A model generated the notes under the pieces. It did no database searches. It worked only from the letters and a program-made list of their open reading frames with translations, and was not told the origin of the DNA. Made by a program: the position numbers and the translations under genes. Positions 62,121-64,000 of a stretch of 64,000 nt of DNA are shown piece by piece. Where the stretch lies: positions 1 through 64,000 of the forward strand of contig JABLTJ010000013.1 in the NCBI GenBank assembly GCA_013166775.1, written 5' to 3'. Position 1 is the first letter of the stretch, and the number at the start of each line of letters is the position of its first letter. The DNA comes from Promethearchaeati archaeon. Its GTDB lineage: Archaea; Asgardarchaeota; Heimdallarchaeia; Heimdallarchaeales; Heimdallarchaeaceae.

Positions 62121-64000
62121 TTATATTCGTTTTCTCTTTATCTGTTCTATATTAGCATGAATGAGTCTTCTCATATTTGGAGTTATAGCAGAAATATCTA
62201 CATCAAATACTAGAAATGGCATATTGTTTTCCAAATAAATCGGTTTAAGTATTGCTTGTGAAATCTTGTATGGAAGACAATTCATTGGTCCTGTAAGAAT
62301 TAAAGAATCAAAGGAATTCTCACTTAAAGCTTCTAATCCAGTCCCTATTGTTGGAATTGCCTCACCAAAAATTAATGGACTTATCACTGGTTTAGATTGT
62401 TTGAAAATTTCTTTTAAATCGTTATGTTTAGCATAAAGAAGTCCCGTTTTTTCGAATCTTTTTCTCTCTTTCTTATCTGCTAAATGCAATAATTGCAATC
62501 CAATTTTGCTGAATAGAATTACTCTTGAGTATCTATTCCAAGGAGTAGCTAAGCATCTGAGTATGGTAGAGAATTGATCAGGAGTTTTCTTCCATTGGTG
62601 TGAGAGAAGGTGACTTTGATAATGGAGACTATAGAGAGCAAGCTCGAAATAATCTGCTGATTTAACTAGTACTTTGTGTTTACTATATATTTCTCTTAAT
62701 TCTTTCAGGAAAAACGGACTAAAACGAACAAAGAAATCTCCATTGATTAAAACCTTGGGATAATCCTTTGGCGAACCGATTGTTGGAATTGTAGATATTT
62801 GTTTTATTAGTCTTTTTGCTCCTTTTCGTAAATTCTTCGTATGAGTAAAACCTTTTAGAAATTCTCCCCAGTATTTTTGAAGAAGATCTAGACTTCCTTC
62901 CTCCCCAACTACATGTAGTGCACTTTCAATCTCTGTCATTATATCAGCAATTAGAATAATAGGAGGACCAAAACGAAGGATATCAAATAAAGGAATTCCT
63001 AAGTATTGAGTAAGATAATCAAATCTATAGAGAAAAACATCTTTCATTTCATTTGTCTCTAAGAATTTTTCCGCATAATGATAATAACTATAAACGGCGC
63101 AGGGAGAACCACCTCTTAAAGCTAAATATCCAATTACATCTCCTGGTTCTCTTTTCTCATAAACGGACATCATATGACCAAGCACAATTGGAAGAGGGAT
63201 ACATTCCTTACCAGAACTATATCTCAAACCTTTAACAGGATAATCAAGAATAATATCCGAAGATTCTCCAACATGAAAACCCAAAGCTTTGAAACCTCTT
63301 AGAGAAAGATCAGAGTGATATTTCGAGAAACTAAAGAAATTTAGTTTTATTCTTGGATCTTTTATATCTAGTTTCTTACCTTCTGAAGTGTAAACTACGA
63401 CCTTTCCACCTCGTTTCTTTATTTTAGCAATTTGGAAGGGTTTGTCTTCTGATTTACTCTCGCTTTTCTTGAAATTATTGATGATCTCGAGATAAGCTTC
63501 AAGCCTTGTCTGGACTCCAGCATCAGCTGTATGAGCATCTAGTTCCAGAATTAAATATGGTTTTGTTTTTAATTCCGTTCGAACATAATTTTGCACAAAA
63601 GCATCTATTGTGCAACTAAAGCTGTTAATATAAAGTAAGAACAAATTTTCATTTTCTAAAGATAGGTCTATTGCAGCTTTAACATAATTTGCAAAATACC
63701 ATGGAATATCAGCATCCCCTGTTTTTTCTAGGAAATCAAAAGGTATCACAGAGATTCCCATACTTGCTAATTTCTTTGGAATTAGTAGGGATGTTTCCGG
63801 AGGAAAAGCGTTATAGCTTCTTCCAACTAATAAGATTCCTGTTTCGTCTGTTCCTTTTAATTTCTCAATTGCTTCTTTACCTAATTTTAGAAATGTAGCT
63901 TCAACTTTGTTTTGAACTGCAACAGCTTTATCATAAGCTGCTTTAGCTAGCTTCCTTGATTGTTGAAGGTTAACAACAGCCATTTCAACCAATCCTTTAT
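62121..64000 (-). CDS. 2-hydroxyacyl-CoA dehydratase activase-related multidomain protein, C-terminal part (5' end beyond the window)
   Basis: GR.YN, SFSC..D, LELD.H.ADAG..TR.EA, G.EC.P, G.C, GE, P.NC.P; frame is open to 64000. Confidence 0.8.
   Translation of the reverse strand, partial: KGLVEMAVVNLQQSRKLAKAAYDKAVAVQNKVEATFLKLGKEAIEKLKGTDETGILLVGRSYNAFPPETSLLIPKKLASMGISVIPFDFLEKTGDADIPWYFANYVKAAIDLSLENENLFLLYINSFSCTIDAFVQNYVRTELKTKPYLILELDAHTADAGVQTRLEAYLEIINNFKKSESKSEDKPFQIAKIKKRGGKVVVYTSEGKKLDIKDPRIKLNFFSFSKYHSDLSLRGFKALGFHVGESSDIILDYPVKGLRYSSGKECIPLPIVLGHMMSVYEKREPGDVIGYLALRGGSPCAVYSYYHYAEKFLETNEMKDVFLYRFDYLTQYLGIPLFDILRFGPPIILIADIMTEIESALHVVGEEGSLDLLQKYWGEFLKGFTHTKNLRKGAKRLIKQISTIPTIGSPKDYPKVLINGDFFVRFSPFFLKELREIYSKHKVLVKSADYFELALYSLHYQSHLLSHQWKKTPDQFSTILRCLATPWNRYSRVILFSKIGLQLLHLADKKERKRFEKTGLLYAKHNDLKEIFKQSKPVISPLIFGEAIPTIGTGLEALSENSFDSLILTGPMNCLPYKISQAILKPIYLENNMPFLVFDVDISAITPNMRRLIHANIEQIKRKRI

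Noticed and set aside
605-63898. Numerous 60-130 aa antisense or nested ORFs (e.g. 1907..2293, 15750..16079, 22643..22996, 27350..27670)
   Set aside because: They are shadows of well-supported genes and show no motifs or independent expression signals.

Overview
AT-rich, gene-dense archaeal chromosome segment of about 52 CDS. No rRNA, tRNA, CRISPR or mobile element is visible. The archaeal markers (mtd, nurA-herA-mre11-rad50, geranylgeranyl reductase, GGTGA Shine-Dalgarno motifs), together with kynureninase and many secreted proteins ending in a TM helix plus K/R tail, point to an Asgard archaeon, probably Heimdallarchaeia-like; this taxonomy is an inference. Housekeeping genes include asnS, mtnA, mtd, kynU, a tandem-fused double UvrA and a DNA end-resection operon. 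The best candidate for a new system is 33.8-37.6 kb. Three tandem paralogous 3-TM membrane proteins carry C-terminal RYG, MYG and degenerate DYD motifs. They are followed directly by a PlpX-like (tyramine-excising 'splicease') radical SAM/SPASM enzyme and a translationally coupled methyltransferase-TPR protein. This suggests an archaeal pathway that installs beta-amino-acid/alpha-ketoamide groups on membrane proteins. Other oddities are a circularly permuted family-5 solute-binding protein, a triplicated MobA-like nucleotidyltransferase locus with an amber-interrupted membrane gene inside it, and a stand-alone E2 domain lacking its catalytic His. All family assignments come from motif recognition by eye; no database searches were run.
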